A stretch of 8,862 nt of DNA, taken from Azolla caroliniana. Taxonomy: Eukaryota; Plantae; Polypodiophyta. This document shows positions 6,918-8,862 of this stretch, in pieces (the stretch's first letter is position 1; each line of letters begins with the position of its first letter). The stretch spans positions 1-8,862 of the forward strand of contig JBHGNT010001410.1 of NCBI GenBank assembly GCA_043228905.1. The letters run 5' to 3'. The translations under genes were made by a program, and so were the position numbers. The notes beneath the pieces were generated by a model. That model made no database searches. It was given only the letters and a program-made list of their open reading frames with translations, and was not told the origin of the DNA.

Positions 6918-8771
6918 TTAACAAGAGCTTTGTGTGGGGCCTACCAAATGATTGAATGCATAGTTGCCAAGGCGCACATTTCCTACAGTTTTACATACAT
7001 CTAAGACTGTATTCCATGTAGCACCATAAATAGAAAACGGTAACTTCTTGATCATCCATATGGCTTCATATATTTGTCCCATGCAGCTAAGGTTATCAAC
7101 TATGCAAGCATGGTGCTCTGCAGCTGGAACAATGCCATAGTCTTTGCTCATACTCTCAAAGTACGCATGGCACTCGGCAAAAAGCCGTGCCCGATTGCAT
7201 GCATTAAGGATGATGATAAAGGTTACCTCATCTGGCTTTACACCTTCTTTTAGCATCTTTTCAAACCCTTCAAGAGCAGTTATACTTTCTCCAAATTGAG
7301 CATACCCCATAATCAATGAATTCCATGAGACTACATTGTGAAGAGGAAGTTTATCAAAGATTTGTTTCGCTATTGTAAGCCACCCAAACTTAGCGTACAT
7401 ATCGACTAGGCTACAGCCAATGGAAAAATCTCCTTCCAAAAGCCCTTTTCTTGTGATTGCAGCGTGTATTTCAGTACCTTTACTTATTGCTCCTACGTTT
7501 CCACAAACTTTCATAGTGAAAACAAAGGTGACCATATCTGGTAAGAGACCCTCCAACTGCATCTCTTCAAAACATTTTAGTGCCCGCTCATTGTCTCCTG
7601 ATTCAATATATCCTGAAATCAAAGCATTCCACGACACAACATTTCGAAAGGAAAGCTTATCAAACACTTCTTGTGCTTTCCCAGCAAGACCACATTTTGC
7701 GTACATATCGACCAAGCTACTGCCAACAAAAACATTGCTTTCCAGCAATTCCCTTCTATCGATCTCACTATGTATTTCAATACCTTTATTACCTGCAACT
7801 CCTGTGCTAGCACATGCTTTTAGAATACACACAAGTGTGAGAGCATTTGGAGGAACACCTTCCATTTGCATTTGCTGAAAGCATTTTAGTGCATCCTTAG
7901 CATAACCATGTTCAGCATATCCTGCTATTAATGATGTCCATGACGCAACATCTCGACCAAGGAGTTTATCAAACACTTCTTGTGCCTCTGAAAGCAAGCC
8001 AAATTTGGCATACATGTCAACAAGAGCGCTTCCAACAATAATATCCCCTTCCAAGGTGTTGTTCTTTCTAACATAGGCATGTATTCTCTGCCCCTCTTCT
8101 ATCGCTAGTATACTGTGGCAAGCTCTTAAAGTGCAAACAATAGTGACAACATTCGGGGAAATACCCTCTTTTAGCATCTCTCTAAAGCATTCTAGTGCTT
8201 TTTTCCCAAGGTCATGTTCAACATACCCTGCAAGTAATGCAGTCCATGACACAACATTCCGGACAGGAAGATGTTCCAATACCTCATGTGCCATTATAAG
8301 AACACCACATTTCATATACATATCAACCAAGGCACCACCAAGGAAAGGGTTGTTTCTTGTGAGCAAACCAAGTCTTTCAATCTCCCCATGGATATAGTTG
8401 CCCTTGCTGAATGCTCTTATGCTTCCACAAGCTTTCAACATACAAACAAATGTTACTGCATTCGGATAAACCCCTTCGATCTGCATACGATCAAACATAT
8501 CAATGGCATCATTTGCACATCCATTGTCACTGAATCCTGAGAGAAGACGAGTCCACATGACCACGTTCCGGATCGGAAGTTCCTCGAACACTTGATATGC
8601 TCTAGTAAGAGAGCCACATTTCACGTACATATCAACCAAAGTGTTTCTAATCCAGATTTCTCTCTCAATCACCCCAGTTCTAACCATTTCAGTATGGATA
8701 TTGAGACCTGTTTCAAGGTCTTTCCTCTTAGCACAACCTTTCAGTACGTGCAGGAAAGCATGGATGGCCAT
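6918..8771 (-). CDS. PLS-class pentatricopeptide repeat protein with terminal E1 motif (putative organellar RNA-binding/editing specificity factor)
   Basis: 617-aa uninterrupted ORF parsed as L-S-(P-L-S)x4-P2-L2-S2-E1: S motifs (ALVDMYAKCG..A..VFD.L), P motifs (VVSWNALISGY), L motifs (TFVC.LKAC), L2 EVTFIIILNACNR, S2 AEHHACIVDNL, E1 GATWNTVLDVCKTVGNVRLG. No E2/DYW before the stop. The start is uncertain because the ORF opens directly in an L motif. Confidence 0.93.
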   Translation of the reverse strand: MAIHAFLHVLKGCAKRKDLETGLNIHTEMVRTGVIEREIWIRNTLVDMYVKCGSLTRAYQVFEELPIRNVVMWTRLLSGFSDNGCANDAIDMFDRMQIEGVYPNAVTFVCMLKACGSIRAFSKGNYIHGEIERLGLLTRNNPFLGGALVDMYMKCGVLIMAHEVLEHLPVRNVVSWTALLAGYVEHDLGKKALECFREMLKEGISPNVVTIVCTLRACHSILAIEEGQRIHAYVRKNNTLEGDIIVGSALVDMYAKFGLLSEAQEVFDKLLGRDVASWTSLIAGYAEHGYAKDALKCFQQMQMEGVPPNALTLVCILKACASTGVAGNKGIEIHSEIDRRELLESNVFVGSSLVDMYAKCGLAGKAQEVFDKLSFRNVVSWNALISGYIESGDNERALKCFEEMQLEGLLPDMVTFVFTMKVCGNVGAISKGTEIHAAITRKGLLEGDFSIGCSLVDMYAKFGWLTIAKQIFDKLPLHNVVSWNSLIMGYAQFGESITALEGFEKMLKEGVKPDEVTFIIILNACNRARLFAECHAYFESMSKDYGIVPAAEHHACIVDNLSCMGQIYEAIWMIKKLPFSIYGATWNTVLDVCKTVGNVRLGNYAFNHLVGPTQSSC

Positions 8772-8862
8772 TACTATTATAATGGATGCCCATTATATAT
8801 AAATGTAATGACCATGATAACCATGTTCCTTGTCTTAGATCAGTTGTGTACTTTCTGGCATT

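Noticed and set aside
6860-6930. Frameshifted E2 remnant (LLLISCYAK) after the PPR stop
   Set aside because: Similarity to the E2 YVLLSNIYA consensus is too weak to support by eye.
7420-8540. ORFs 7420-7878, 7580-7810, 8131-8397, 8271-8540 (plus) and 7619-7813 (minus)
   Set aside because: Antisense or off-frame shadows of the PPR coding sequence with no recognisable motifs.

Overview
AT-rich eukaryotic (land plant; fern-like by inference from PPR motif style) nuclear DNA. The right end carries an intronless minus-strand PLS-class pentatricopeptide repeat gene (6918-8771, 17 PPR motifs plus E1, no E2/DYW). Most of the rest is a nested transposon pile. An old, degenerate minus-strand non-LTR retrotransposon (RT with YADD, C-terminal CCHC region) appears split into two halves (about 5502-6450 and 1475-2760) by a TG...CA-bounded LTR-like block. 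That block contains a 313-bp Mutator-type MITE (128-bp TIRs, 9-bp TSD) and three head-to-tail 5'-truncated younger copies of a related LINE ending in (CTTT)n tails. Another decayed RT fragment lies at 1-470, and a 260-bp tandem duplication sits in the old LINE. I see no clear evidence of a wholly new biological system. The most interesting signals are the non-L1-looking LINE family, its clustered insertions and 3' stem-loop, and the reconstructable insertion history. All alignments were done by eye.
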